A model generated the notes under the pieces. That model made no database searches, was not told the DNA's origin, and worked only from the letters and a program-made list of their open reading frames with translations. Position numbers and translations under genes: made by a program. Of a stretch of 64,000 nt of DNA, positions 14,101-25,618 are shown one piece after another. Position 1 is the first letter of the stretch; the number at the start of each line of letters is the position of its first letter. This stretch comes from Ramazzottius varieornatus (taxonomy: Eukaryota; Animalia; Tardigrada), in assembly GCA_001949185.1 (NCBI GenBank), contig BDGG01000012.1, forward strand, positions 612,973-676,972, given 5' to 3'.

Positions 14101-14636
14101 CGTCCTGTCATCGCCTTCCAAGTTTCCAGCTTTCTCGGCGGACTGAGCGTCAAGGCTATTCTTCATAGGAAAAACCACTTCCGGCAGGGCGTGAAGTAGA
14201 AGGGCGGCACCGACAAGCAGACAGCCAAAGCTGATCCACCTTGGTCTGTGCGAGCTTCCGCCGTAGTGAGCGGTCAAGAGTGCCACCAGGATGTGCGACA
14301 CGTCGTTCATGGCAAGAACGATGCCCGTGGACTTGCTGGTGAAACCAAAGCGTTTCTCGATGGAAGGTATCATCGAGCTCGTGTACGAATGCGTCATTCC
14401 TGCGAAGTTCATATTGATCAGTATTCAACACCGCAGCCACAAAAGATGACGAGGGGTCAGGAAGAACCCCGCGTACCGTATATAAGTCCCAAGGCCACGT
14501 AACATACGACAAAGACCTGCATGTTGGCGAACCGCTGCAACCACGAAGGCGTCCATCCCCATATTCCACAACGTGGCGTAGTATCAAAGACGTCTTTGCT
14601 GTCTTTGACTCTAGGTTTCTTTTCCGAACTGAACAT
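11123..14636 (-). CDS. OATP/SLCO family transporter, paralog 3, multi-exon
   Basis: MFSSEKK...CGIWGWTPSWLQRF; IPSIEKRFGFTS; HYGGSSHRPRWISFG; LPFIDDN; CGC..FSPLCD..YYSACHAGC; GTIVDSAC.LW..CGEKGFCLLYD; last exon LTWKVWHVEFD... ends in TAG at 11125-11123. Confidence 0.93.
12048..12243. repeat. Dimeric palindromic AAGTGGCGCAC-family element (OATP3 intron)
   Basis: Two cores (12082-12128 and 12160-12206), each with a 25-nt spacer, enclosed by near-perfect outer arms GGAGCTCGGCA / TGCCGAGCTCC. Confidence 0.88.
12795..12917. repeat. Palindromic AAGTGGCGCAC-family element (OATP3 intron)
   Basis: Arms GACATCGGCAAATGAGTTGAACACGATCG / CGATCTTGTTCAATTCCTTTGCCGACGTC; core 12832-12878 with a 25-nt spacer. 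Confidence 0.88.
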
Positions 14637-15225
14637 TGGTCACAAAGATCTACTCTCAGATTCCAAACCCAAAGACACAGTTCGATCGCTCAGACTCAGA
14701 AAGACATTCGGCGCGCTGCTAGGATCTTTGACAAGTGACGAAGGGCATTTCAGAAGGTCTTGCTCACAGGTTCTATACTGATCTGACGACAGGTAGATTT
14801 ACAATAAAATATAAAAACATTCTGACTGTCACCTGTTTTATGGTTTATGAGGGTACTTGGCTAAACAGTAAAGAAGTATAGTCACCGTTGCGACCTCGAC
14901 GCTTTGGAGATTCCAAGATACATACCGTTTTACGTCTGTCTCGATGTTATCAGATCATATTGACTACCTAATGTTGAAGTTATTACGACTTGTCTCGAGA
15001 TCTCTTCAAAGCCGCTGCGCCACGAAACGGCTATCAGCATAAAGCATTCTTGGCTTAGGCTATCATAAATCTTCATGTATCTGCATATTTAAAAAATGGG
15101 TTATACAAGGCGCGGTTACCTCAAAGGCCTCCGAATACCGCGCATTACATTAAAAACATACTCGTACCGCCGACGCTTCACATCTTCAAGAACACCTCAG
15201 CTAGATCACCACGATCAATCAACAC

Positions 15226-16213
15226 TAGGGTTGTTAATATCCAATCCGACATCGGATGGTTCCGGATTGGATAGGCATTCTATCCATCCAGATGTTAACC
15301 GGACAGAGATCCTATCCATCCGGATGGGATCCTCTCCATCCATCCGGCTTTCTATCCGGACAGAACCAAAACTAATAACGCGCAATCAAACAGTCCAATA
15401 CATCACCGCCTAATCCGACAGAAATTCGCAATCTCCCTACAAGCTTGTCTTTTGAGCGTAGTTTCGTTTACCAATCTCTGTCTTGTCATTTAAGGTCTTG
15501 GGATTTAATCTTTGAGTATATGCAGACTATGTTGACGGAGGACTGTTAAATTGTATCGTCTATGCTATCCGGCAACACAGCATGTCAAAACCTACGAATT
15601 ATAATTTGTTGTGTCATCTGTAAGTCTCTAAGCCAAGCTTTGTTTTTATCCGGATAGAAGACCCATCCATCGCCAGCCGATTCGGATGGGAGTTCTATCC
15701 ATCCGTCTGCTTTCCGGATCGGCGTCTGATCCCATCCGGATTAGAGCACGGAATCTGGCCGCATGCGCTGCACTGCACCGCAGCTGTGCTGTGCTGCAGC
15801 ACAGCTGCAGTACGGAAATCGACGAAATTTGTGCAGCACAGCACAGCATGCAGCAGGAAGCCGGAGACTGCCGCGCAGATCCACGGACCAACACGTAACA
15901 AAAAATGGTACTTTTGGGTATTCGAGTTTCAGGCATCTGAATTTTGCCGTACCGTATGGCCACGTTTTCCCGGTGGACTACCCATTTTGCCGACAATACT
16001 ATAACAAAAGTCAGTACATCAGCGTGCAGCGCAGTTGCAACAGGTCCATGTGCATCTGCAGCGCAGCTGCCTAGCCACTGCGCATGAAAGTTGTGCAGCA
16101 CAGCACAGCGTACAGCGACCTGATGGCGTGCGCAGCACAGTTGCTGCGTATTTTTGAACCTGCGGCCCAGTGCTCTAATCCGGATGACTCTGATCCATCC
16201 GTTAACAACCGTA
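15226..16213. mobile_element. Non-autonomous hAT-type MITE (988 bp including a nested element)
   Basis: TIRs TAGGGTTGTTAA / TTAACAACCGTA; perfect 8-bp TSD ATCAACAC at 15218-15225 and 16214-16221; subterminal ATCC/GGAT/TCCGGA repeats. Confidence 0.92.
15742..16177. mobile_element. hAT-type MITE nested inside the 15226-16213 element (436 bp)
   Basis: TIRs TAGAGCAC / GTGCTCTA; perfect 8-bp TSD ATCCGGAT at 15734-15741 and 16178-16185; subterminal GCAGC/GCTGC/GCACAGC repeats. Confidence 0.92.
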
Positions 16214-16400
16214 ATCAACACCTCTTATGCAAACTCCCTTCAGACCACAACAACAACAATAATGAACTGCGCCACTCATTTCACACTATATTATACTGCG
16301 TAGACTCTTGCCCATTGACACATAACCGGCTTGCGTCACCCAAAGACTTCGTGGAAACGAAAACTTTAATATTGGACCAGGTTCCAAACGATACTCTGAG

Positions 16401-18516
16401 CTATACATATTCCATAGTTTCAGGTACATCAGTCTTTACGCGTTTAGTGTTCGGCCTGTAGGCCGGAGACACTTGCCGCGCGATTTCTTTTCGAAAACCT
16501 TTCTTTGAATCAGTGTCAGCATGCTCACTTTCTACCTCAGAACCTCGACTAAACATGTTGAACATATCCGCAAACGGGTCCCTAAACAGATTCGTGAACT
16601 GCCCGGATTGCTCGATATCTTGGACAACCGTCCTCAATGCTTCTTCATAGCCCGAAAAGTGTGGATTCTACCGAACCAAACGTATGGCTAGATATCGCTA
16701 AATGATAAGAGCGTTCCTCAACGCTTCTTCAGTCTAGACAAGAACGTACCTGTAGATTTGACCCTGTTTCCGACAGCTGGTCAATGTGCATGAGCGTTGT
16801 GAAAGGATTCTTTGGGTCCTCTAAAAGTATCAGGAGAGTCATGCCAAGGAGTCCGATGGAGACGACTGGAGCTGTCATAGCTATTTTTTGTAGAGGAAGG
16901 AAAGCCACTTTCAAGTCAGGATCAGCTTCAACGTGCAGCTGAAGTCCATATACAAAGTTCTTTCTACAGTGGGAAAACATAGTGCATTAGACCTGGAAGT
17001 GACAAAGTCTTGACAAGAGCGAGAACGCTTATGTCCTACGAGCGCAAACTGGTGAAGACAGTGCGGATTGCGGGACTATAGCTCAGGCTATTCACATAGA
17101 CGCCGGTCCCCGGACTAGGGTTTGGAGGACCTTCTTCGAGGAGCGATACCGAAGTGAGCTCGCTTCCGGACAGGTAGTTGAAGGCCTTTACCGTACAGTC
17201 CTGTGGAGCGGAGTATGATTTGGTCGTCAGCCGCACTCAAACGTGCAAAGACTTTTGTTTACAGGAACTCTTTGGCAAAGAGCTCCTGTTAACAAAAGGC
17301 TAGCCTTGCTTAAAATAAGACAACAATGCACCTACTTACGCCGGAAGTGGAAAGAACAACTGGATGATCCGGACTTGGGATTAATATCCGACAGACGAAC
17401 CTGTTAACACATAGAATATAAGTTCAACACAGCCCAGAAGGCCGTCGACGTGTTCTGCTTACTCGGTGTGGCCAAGGCAGAATGTCTGAATGTCGTCGGC
17501 TAAGGGGAAATGCGAGACGCGAATCTTCTCATCCCGGTCAGATGTCAAGATGTACCTGTCATCCGGCGACACTACCTACAAAGAGAGCGAGCGACTGGTC
17601 ATCAGGTCCTTAATTGTAAGTTGACTAACCATACAGCCTTTGCGTTGTCACTCACCACATCGGTCAGAACGGAGATATGACCAAGGATGGGCGCTGGGGC
17701 TTGTGCGGTGTCCGCGCTGATAGAAAAGATGTAGGCGTCTCCCAACTTATCAGCGACAATGATGGAAGCTTCGTCGGATGTAAAGGTAATGGCCATACAT
17801 CGTTTCGGGATATTCCTAGAAGAGAATGAGTAACTTCATCTATCATACGGAAGTCAGAATGCAGTGTGGCCACTGTCTACTTCCAGACCGATCGCAACTC
17901 GCAAATATTAGTCACCACCGATGAGACCCAGTGATCTAACTACCTCCTTGAGATCAACTTCGGGCGATCGAGGCTTTCGCTGTTATTCCTAACAGTATAA
18001 ACGAAGAGGTCCTTTAGGTTGTCCACGACGGCGATGAACGTGCCGCTGAGCGAGATAGCCACAGCGGATATCCATCGGGTGTTCTCCACATCAGGCCTAA
18101 AACCAGATGTATTTAACGACCTTGACGATCACAATACAAGTCCCGCACCGATGCAGAGTCCATTGAAACGGAGCTTCGTACTTGTAAGACTTTATGCCAG
18201 AATTATGCGCAACAAGTTTCTTGCCGGTGGTTGATACTGTTGCCTGTCCGTTCTCCTGAAGCGACGCTTCAGTCTTTTCCGGCGGTGCAGAATACGCTTC
18301 TTCGAGCTTCCTGTGGTCAATCAGATGAGGACGACAATCTGTTTGCGTAGAAGGCCTAAAGCATAACACGGAGAGAGACAATCGAGATTACAATGCAGAT
18401 GAAATAAGCCCATTAAGGCTCTGAATGATTGACCTCGAAGAATCCACAGTTCCGATCAGCAGCTTGTCCGCCAAGGCTGTCACCATCACGCTGCTGCCGT
18501 TTGTTACAAGAATCAT
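16401..18516 (-). CDS. WDR4: tRNA (guanine-N7) methyltransferase non-catalytic WD40 subunit (Trm82/wuho), multi-exon
   Basis: [21 protein letters not shown]|[34 protein letters not shown] are Trm82/WDR4 hallmarks. The start (MILVTNG, 18516) and end were read by eye. Confidence 0.88.
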
Positions 18517-18942
18517 GGCTGCTAGAGACTTCTTCGGGACCTCAAAACCCGATCACAAGTAGTGATCCACGCTCAGGCAAAGGAAACAACAGGAACAACG
18601 AGGATCTCCGACTTCCGCTGATGTGAATTTGTTCGAGTTGCAATACTGCGCAGTTTTTCCTTTGATTCATTGATATTCTCGTTTGGTTCCAACCGACTCC
18701 AATTTTGATATTAGGCTGGGTAAATCATCCGTCCATCTGTGCCGAGAAATGACATTTTATCGCAAACTCCAATTTAACATTCTGTACGCTCTCTAAAAAC
18801 TTTTCTTATCTATTTCGAAGAAAGTTTGCATTTTGCTCTTTCAGGACCCAAGAGGATTCATCCGTCCAGCTCGATCCACTATCGTGCAAGGACCTTCAAC
18901 TGAGAATCAGTCTAATGGGGTTTGTGATCTGTGAGTGCGGAA

Positions 18943-19400
18943 ATGGTTAATGTTTCGAAAGGAGTTCTCGTCAAATGGTGAGCATGATTCCGTCAATCCG
19001 TCCTGGTTATCCACAATCTTCGCTATACAGTAGAATCCGATCCTTTACTGTTCACTACTACCGTCAGTCATTACTAAGCCTATGTGGTGCTTTATAGCGA
19101 CCCGGCTATGAAACAATTCCTGATCTTCTTGGACGAGAAAGAAGAACTTGGAAAGCGATTCATAATCCAGGTTCGTTGCCACAACTTGTGTTGTGCCCAT
19201 ATACTCGTGAGTCGTAATTACATTATGTTTGCCTGTATTACTACTGTCGGTTATGAGTGTGTGGTTTGCGAACTCTGTAGGACATTGATGACGAACATCT
19301 TTTCATAAGCAAGGACGTTCAGGAGATGCTGAAAGAACGGTTGGATAGTTTGATGGACAAAATCAGCATCAGTGCCGGAATTAAGGAAGGAGAGCGCTGA
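18943..19400 (+). CDS. GTF2H5: TFIIH subunit p8/Tfb5, 3 exons
   Basis: [12 protein letters not shown]|[24 protein letters not shown]|[29 protein letters not shown]... Confidence 0.95.
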
Positions 19401-19581
19401 AGCCTTTCATCCCGCTGTATACTTTCTTTTTTTTCAACTGCATATCCGTCGCTCCCTGGGCGGATTTCTAGGATACTGTATTCGTCGCTACAGCTACTGT
19501 GATCATCTGTCCGTAGCGTGTTGTACATCGCTTCCGGAACTCAGTTTCGTCTTATCGTTACCTTCTTGAAACCTTCACATC

Positions 19582-20756
19582 ATGGACACATCTGTCGATC
19601 CTGTCACTTTGCTAGAAAATACCATTCCCGACACTCCAGAGTCGCCGTCTCCTAACAAGCGATTCAAGGCGGATCCAGGTGATAACGAAGAACCTGTCAA
19701 GTCGACCACTACAGAGGACAGAAGAGAGTCTCCCACAGCCCGTCGTACCGCTGCTCGCGAACAACTTAAGGCTTCCCTCCTTCAAAAGTCCTCCAAACCT
19801 CCTGTGAAAGCTGAATCCGCAATCGCAGACTCCACCACTGCTCAACCAGCAGCGACAGAGACCTTGCGTAAGATCATCGTGTGGTCGTACGATATTAGCC
19901 ATGGAGAATATAACTTGAAACGATCGCTCTTCCAAGTAGCGCACCTTATCAGCAATCATACCGAAAGCGCGCGCCACTCGAGAAGGTCAAGTTGGTATCC
20001 GCGCTCCCAAATCCCAGATGATGATATTTCGTGCTTTTGTTTTCAGGTGCGGTCGCTGCCACCAAAACCGGCGCACCCGCCATCACCGACGAAACTATCA
20101 TCCGAAGAAAGTTGATGTTCGAAGCGGGGAACCCTCCAGCCAGCAGCTACCGCGGCATCAAGCTTCTCGCCAACTCCATCGGAGCCTTGCTGAACAGCGT
20201 CAGTAACCTCCGTCCCGAAGAAGAAATTGCCTCTATCGCCCAAAGAATTCAAGTCAACCTCCAGCACGAAGACCTAACCCTGACACGACTAACGTCAGCC
20301 TGTCAGTCCATCAACCGCATCGCCGAATACAACGCTCGTCTACCAGCGAAGCTCAAGGCGGAAGCTGACGATATTCAGGAGCAGATTGACCAGTTCTCCC
20401 AAACACTGGAAGAAGCCAACAAGGCTGAGCTACTCTTCACGGGTTACGTCGAGTCTGCCAACCGCATCAGGAAGTTGGATGCGTATGAAGATCTGACGTT
20501 CCAGAGGGACAAGCTGAGGGAAGAGACGAGGAAGCTGAAGGAAGAGAAGGCCGAGCTGGACCGACAGCAGGCAGAGAAGCAGCCTTTTCTTCTCATCGCC
20601 AACTGGGCTTTGCAGAACATTCGATATGGCGCGGCACCGCAGGTGTCGGTAATTCCGGCCTTGGTGAACCTTCCTGTGGCGGCTGCTCATGTCAAAGCTA
20701 ACAGCAGACACCGAAAGTCACCCAAGAAGACACAGAAGGAACCGAAGAGTACCTAA
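19582..20756 (+). CDS. Coiled-coil protein, probable divergent THO complex subunit 7 (THOC7/Mft1-like) with a disordered N-terminal extension; 2 exons
   Basis: Intron about 19868-20047. ITDETIIRRKLMFE resembles the THOC7 N-terminal TDDEVIRKRLLID, followed by a ~170-aa coiled coil of matching length. Confidence 0.6.
19915..20000. repeat. Palindromic AAGTGGCGCAC-family element (THOC7-like intron)
   Basis: AAGTAGCGCAC 19934-19944, 24-nt spacer, GCGCGCCACTC 19969-19979. Confidence 0.8.
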
Positions 20757-20980
20757 TGGCAGTTTTTACTTTACGCCGACCTGAACTATAAGAGCTCGAA
20801 CCTGCTTTCTTTGACTAAGTCTCATCAGTTCTCAATGTCCAGTGAGGCGTTGTTTTTTCTCAGGAAATTGTACAACGTACGGCATAAACCCCAAAGGTTA
20901 CAGTTCTTCATGTCTGCTAACTTCGTGCTATTAGGTCTGTCAGTATGACTGCGGTTTTCGGCAGAACACTTTCACACGTA

Positions 20981-21105
20981 CTGTACTACGGAGATACACA
21001 CGGCCGGCCGTATGCCCTGCACCCCCGGGTAGAGTAGCTCATTTTACAGCACGTATAGCGGGGATGTAAAACGTACGCCTGGCCGTGTGTATCTCGGTAG
21101 TACAG
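20981..21105. mobile_element. TA-flanked MITE (Tc1/mariner-type), 125 bp
   Basis: About 32-bp TIRs CTGTACTACGGAGATACACACGGCC / GGCCGTGTGTATCTCGGTAGTACAG with TA on both sides; related copy at 62775-62984. Confidence 0.85.
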
Positions 21106-22030
21106 TATTTTCAGAGCTCGAGTATGGACATTCAAAACTTGGCTGATGTTCTATCTGTCTAACAGACTCTTTCCAATTTTTACCGTTAAAGGCAAGACGT
21201 GGTCAATGCAGTGAGATCAGGAAACGAGAAAAATGTCGGAAGGAGTAAACCTCAGTTGTGAACACCACATTTTTGAAAAAATTTGGCACGAAAGCAGGCT
21301 TTCTGAATTCGAGAATGATTAAAACGTTCTATGGTACTGAAGATGATCTGTCAACTGCAAGAAAAAAACGTCGAAAGATATGCTTCGAGAATTCTGAAAA
21401 AGAACTTTTGTGCAAAACGGTGGAAAGTTGCGGTTGTCGACGTGCGCCACTTTGGTGAGGTGGGAGCTTCTCAGTTTTTCTCTCTATCACTGCTCTACGA
21501 AATCACGAGGGAAAGCTATTAGCGTATACTATTGTATTTACTATCCACTCTCGAAGTTTGAGAAGTTTTGCCTTCGAACGGCTTTCAAACCAAGTAGTAC
21601 AACAAGTATCGTACGCTGTCAGTTTTCCCAAGCGTTTTCTCCCACCTGGCTAACTGATGGAGTAGACTGTTCTCGTCAAAATTGAAACGATCATTCTCTA
21701 GCGCGTTCGTTGAGGTCTTGTTACCGTAGTGTCTGAATTTCTAGCTGCCTTGGTGTGGCTACAAGAAACAGAACTCTTGGTGGAGGTAATTTTCGAAAAG
21801 TTGCGATCACGAAACATTCTCATAAAAAACCACACAAATGCACGGATCAGAGTTTTCAATACCTTGGCCAAAAGACGATTGTATCTACTCTTATATATGA
21901 AAGAAGAAATGAGAAATTCCGCCAAAGGCCACAGATGAATTTTCAAAACTTCCCTCGGAAAAACCGCAAAGTCATACTGACGGACCTAATATTTCTTTAA
22001 CGCTGACAGAAACGCGAAACTGAGTAGGAG

Positions 22031-22590
22031 TCAGCGACTTTGGTATGCCGAAAGGATGGTCGGAGGCAAAGGATGGTTTTGCAGTTCTCTATGCATTGCC
22101 TCGTGGTCATGCTTTAGCTGCTCGTTGTCTTCCGTCACTGCCTTCACCCACTCCCTCAACTTCCCCGTCTCAGTGCCAGTCTTGAAAAGAAGATTCTTGT
22201 ACGATTGCAGAACAACTAAATTCCGACATGGACTTTTTAACATTCTCTGCTTTACCGATCGATCGTGGCTTTGAGCTGGCGGTTATCAGCTTCAAGGATG
22301 TGCATACGGTTGGTAAGGACTTCCTCCACTTGCTCCTTCTTCTCCAGCAGTTCATTCTCGACTTCGATATCCAACTTCGCAGCTTTGATTCGGGCATGAC
22401 TGCTTCTCTCCAAAGCCTACAATGAAAATCCAATCGTAACCGATCACCATCACAGCTTCGGTTCCAACTATAAAGTATATATACGGACCTCCTTCAGACC
22501 ATCTCGTTCAACCTTGACTCTGTCCAGTTCGCTTTCCAAACTCGGAGGTCCAGTTCGCTCTCGAACTCGGAGGTTCCAGAGTCTCGACAT
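22031..22590 (-). CDS. Small coiled-coil protein of unknown function, about 3 exons
   Basis: MSRLWNLR...LESELDRVKVERDGLKE|ALERSSHARIKAAKLDIEVENELLEKKEQVEEVL...|...LREWVKAVTEDNEQLKHDHEAMHRELQ; heptad pattern and plausible GT-AG junctions. Confidence 0.6.
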
Positions 22591-22743
22591 AGCAATTATG
22601 AGAAAACAGATCGCAGGGGGCCACGTCGCCACTGTGACTTCAGTTTCATCGTCCCGATTCCCGACGTCAATGCCTTGCGAGCGTTCCCCGAATATCGACT
22701 TACTAGCTAAGTTAGAGACTGTACAAACGAGTAGATGGGCCTT

Positions 22744-22782
22744 GGTGGCACACAGGTGGCACACAGGTGGCACACAGGTGGC
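22744..22782. repeat. 11-bp tandem repeat GGTGGCACACA x3.5
   Basis: Direct reading; contains three CAGGTG E-boxes. Confidence 0.85.
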
Positions 22783-23444
22783 AAGATGAGATCCCTTCCA
22801 GTGCAATTCGTATCGATGTGACAGCTTAGAGACGAGTCTGGCCTGATCGCGGGTTCGCCAGAAAAAAAACTGATTTTACGATAACTGGTTTTGCTTGGAT
22901 CAGAAACTCATAAATTCTCTGTGCCAATTCGTGGCATTTTTCTGTTCAAAATGTGCCAATCAGATAACAAATCGATTGCACACTAACGAGCTCAGTTAAA
23001 TCAGATCTCGTGCGCAAGATCCGTGAGTGGAGAACTCTAGAGCAGGGACCGAGAACTCAACTGGGCATGGGACCAAAGCTCTCGCTCACAGGTTGCAGAT
23101 GAGTTCTAAGACCGTTTCCGACGACCAGAGTACGCTTTACAATATCCTGATCGCCGACCTTGCATTGGATAATTGGTTGACCATTAGGACATGTTTTTGT
23201 TAAAATATGTCTCACCTGTAAGTACATCCACGAAAATATTGTGCTTTTCCTGACACATGTTTCGTGTAATCAAACGCTGCATTTACTGCCTGACTTTGAA
23301 TCCGCAGCTAGATTTTGATGAACCCAAAACATGCGACAGATACGTAAAGTATGGCTGGGATGTGTTGGATCCACGATCACGCCTCATTGCGCACAAAAGA
23401 CCGGCAGTCATGAATAATTCAGGATAACAATGCAAATTATTCAA

Positions 23445-24709
23445 CTATGAACCGCAACTGTGGCGACATAACGTTAAAAACTCCTCTCGCGTCCGCTGGT
23501 CCTCCCGAAAGACGCCTAGCATGGTACTCGTGATGGTCTTTGCGTTCAGCTTCTGTACCCCTCGCATCACCATACACATATGCCTGTAAAATACCATTGT
23601 TTTTTCCCACTCTGAATCCCTTTTAGACATACGGTAATAGAACAAGCTTGATGACAGAGACGGTCACGAAACGAGGGCAGACTTACGAGGCTTCCACTAC
23701 CACACCCACTCCCGCAGGCTGGACCGCTTCTGAAGTATCAACCGAAACTGGTACACGTTTTAGAGATTATCGAAAGTGAACGCTCCAGATAAACTAATAA
23801 TGTGGGATACCTGTAATGGCCATGGCAATTTGCTTCGTAAGCCGTTCTTGCACTGTAATGCAAGCCGTTAGCGAAACACACCACAAAGCCTTCCGCCAGA
23901 TCCGCCATCGAAACTGGGCGGTTGCTGGTGGGAACTCCCACAACGAGCAACCCATATTGAGGCTCCACTCACCTTGCAGTCGTCGACTGTAGATTTCCAC
24001 TATCCTCGCAATCTTACTAAGTCCTAGGACCCGTTGGTTGGGAAGGTATCCGACAGAAACTTTGCCGATGAAAGGGACCAAGTGATGCTCGCACATGGAA
24101 AACATTTCGATGTCTTTGATTATCACCATTTGATCGTGATTCTCGTCAAAGATTGCATCGTTCAGCACATCTACGAAGAGTATTCATTTTTGTCAGTTCT
24201 ACGATGGTAACGAGTGGTGTATCGGCCATCTAGCGGTCCATATTGGACAGAGCTCGATAAAATCCGGGCTCTTTCGAATTGTTAATTTTGATGGTAATTA
24301 AAGCTACGCGCTTGAAGCTCGCCGAATACGACGGTTCCCAACCTTGTATCGTTTCGTCATATCCTTTGGTAAAGAACATCATGGCCTTGGCAGCACGTTC
24401 AGGTGTATTGATTAGTCCAGGTCTTGTGGGATCCTCTCCGATATGCTTTAACAGGTCCTGATAAGTTTCCTTCATCTTCGGCAGGAGATTCTCCCGAGAC
24501 GAGGTACCTTTGGGCAGTTCCAGCGCTTCCACGTCTTCCTCGTAAGCCGCCAGGTTGGACACAGCTGCCACTGTTTCGTCAATGGACATTGCTCGATTTC
24601 GATGATAGGGAGCTTGGAACGAGTTGAAACGCGGTAAGGTGGGACGTCGGGATGATGGAGAAGAGTTCAAGGTGCCGGAGTAACTCCGATCGCGACCTGT
24701 GCCGTTCAT
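23445..24709 (-). CDS. GCH1: GTP cyclohydrolase I (Punch-like), multi-exon
   Basis: [53 protein letters not shown]|[21 protein letters not shown]...TREEFLTL. Confidence 0.97.
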
Positions 24710-25618
24710 TTCCGGTTCGGTAATGGATATATCAATGTCAGAAAGGCTTTTCAATCACAAAATACAGCTGATAAAAATGCTATCGACCCCGTTCACGATG
24801 GCTTTTTATCAACCCTGAAAAGTGGTGGAAGGAGAACTGTTAACGCTAAAAGCCTGGTGACAATTCTACCAATTTGTAAGGCTTGTTCCTTATCACGGAA
24901 ATCACGGATGCCCGTTGCTCTTGGTCAGACGATCATATCAATGAAATGAAGCAGGAAGATTATCTTGAAAGATTGCAGGAACATGTCATGTAACGGCAGC
25001 AATTACAATCATATGGCTCTCCCCCGCGCGAACTGACTGGGAGAGCTGTTTCAGTGACGCTCAATAGAATGATGGTGCTCGACAGTTCGGCTGTTTTGCT
25101 GTTTGCATCCCTGAAGGCTAAGTGTATCCTGCTACCGATGCCTTATTCCCTTTCTGCCATAACAGCCTGTTGTCCGTAGTACAAGGAAGACAGTCGTATA
25201 TGTACAGCACATAATATAACATGGATCAGTACTGCACGAAGTGGCGGACTTTTTGTCCTCTCCCTACTTTTTTTCCCGACTTGACTCTTTTGAAGTGTGC
25301 TGTTTGATGAAGGGCCATAAAATACTCATATGATGTCAGAATCGATTACTTACGCGCAGCACGTATTATAAATAATGACACAATAAGGCAATCATTACAG
25401 CACAGGGACTTCCGGTGACAGGCGCAGGGTGCTGAACCGGCTTCAGCAGATCGATTCCGGTGATTTACAGAGTGCAGGTTCCGGAAGAGCGGATGAAATT
25501 ACAGTTATTGTGTCAATTCTGACACTCAGAGTCAGCACTCACTAGTCAACTTGTGAAGCGGAAGAAAGAGAGGAATAGGAGAAAGGAAACTTTACCGAAA
25601 GGAATTCCGAAAGTGAGT

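Noticed and set aside
15646-16461. Several overlapping Cys/Ala/Gln-rich ORFs
   Set aside because: They are by-products of the GCAGC/GCTGC repeats in the nested MITE.
21200-22000. AT-rich stretch with short basic ORFs as a transposase remnant
   Set aside because: No DDE/D motif, TIR or TSD could be identified by eye.
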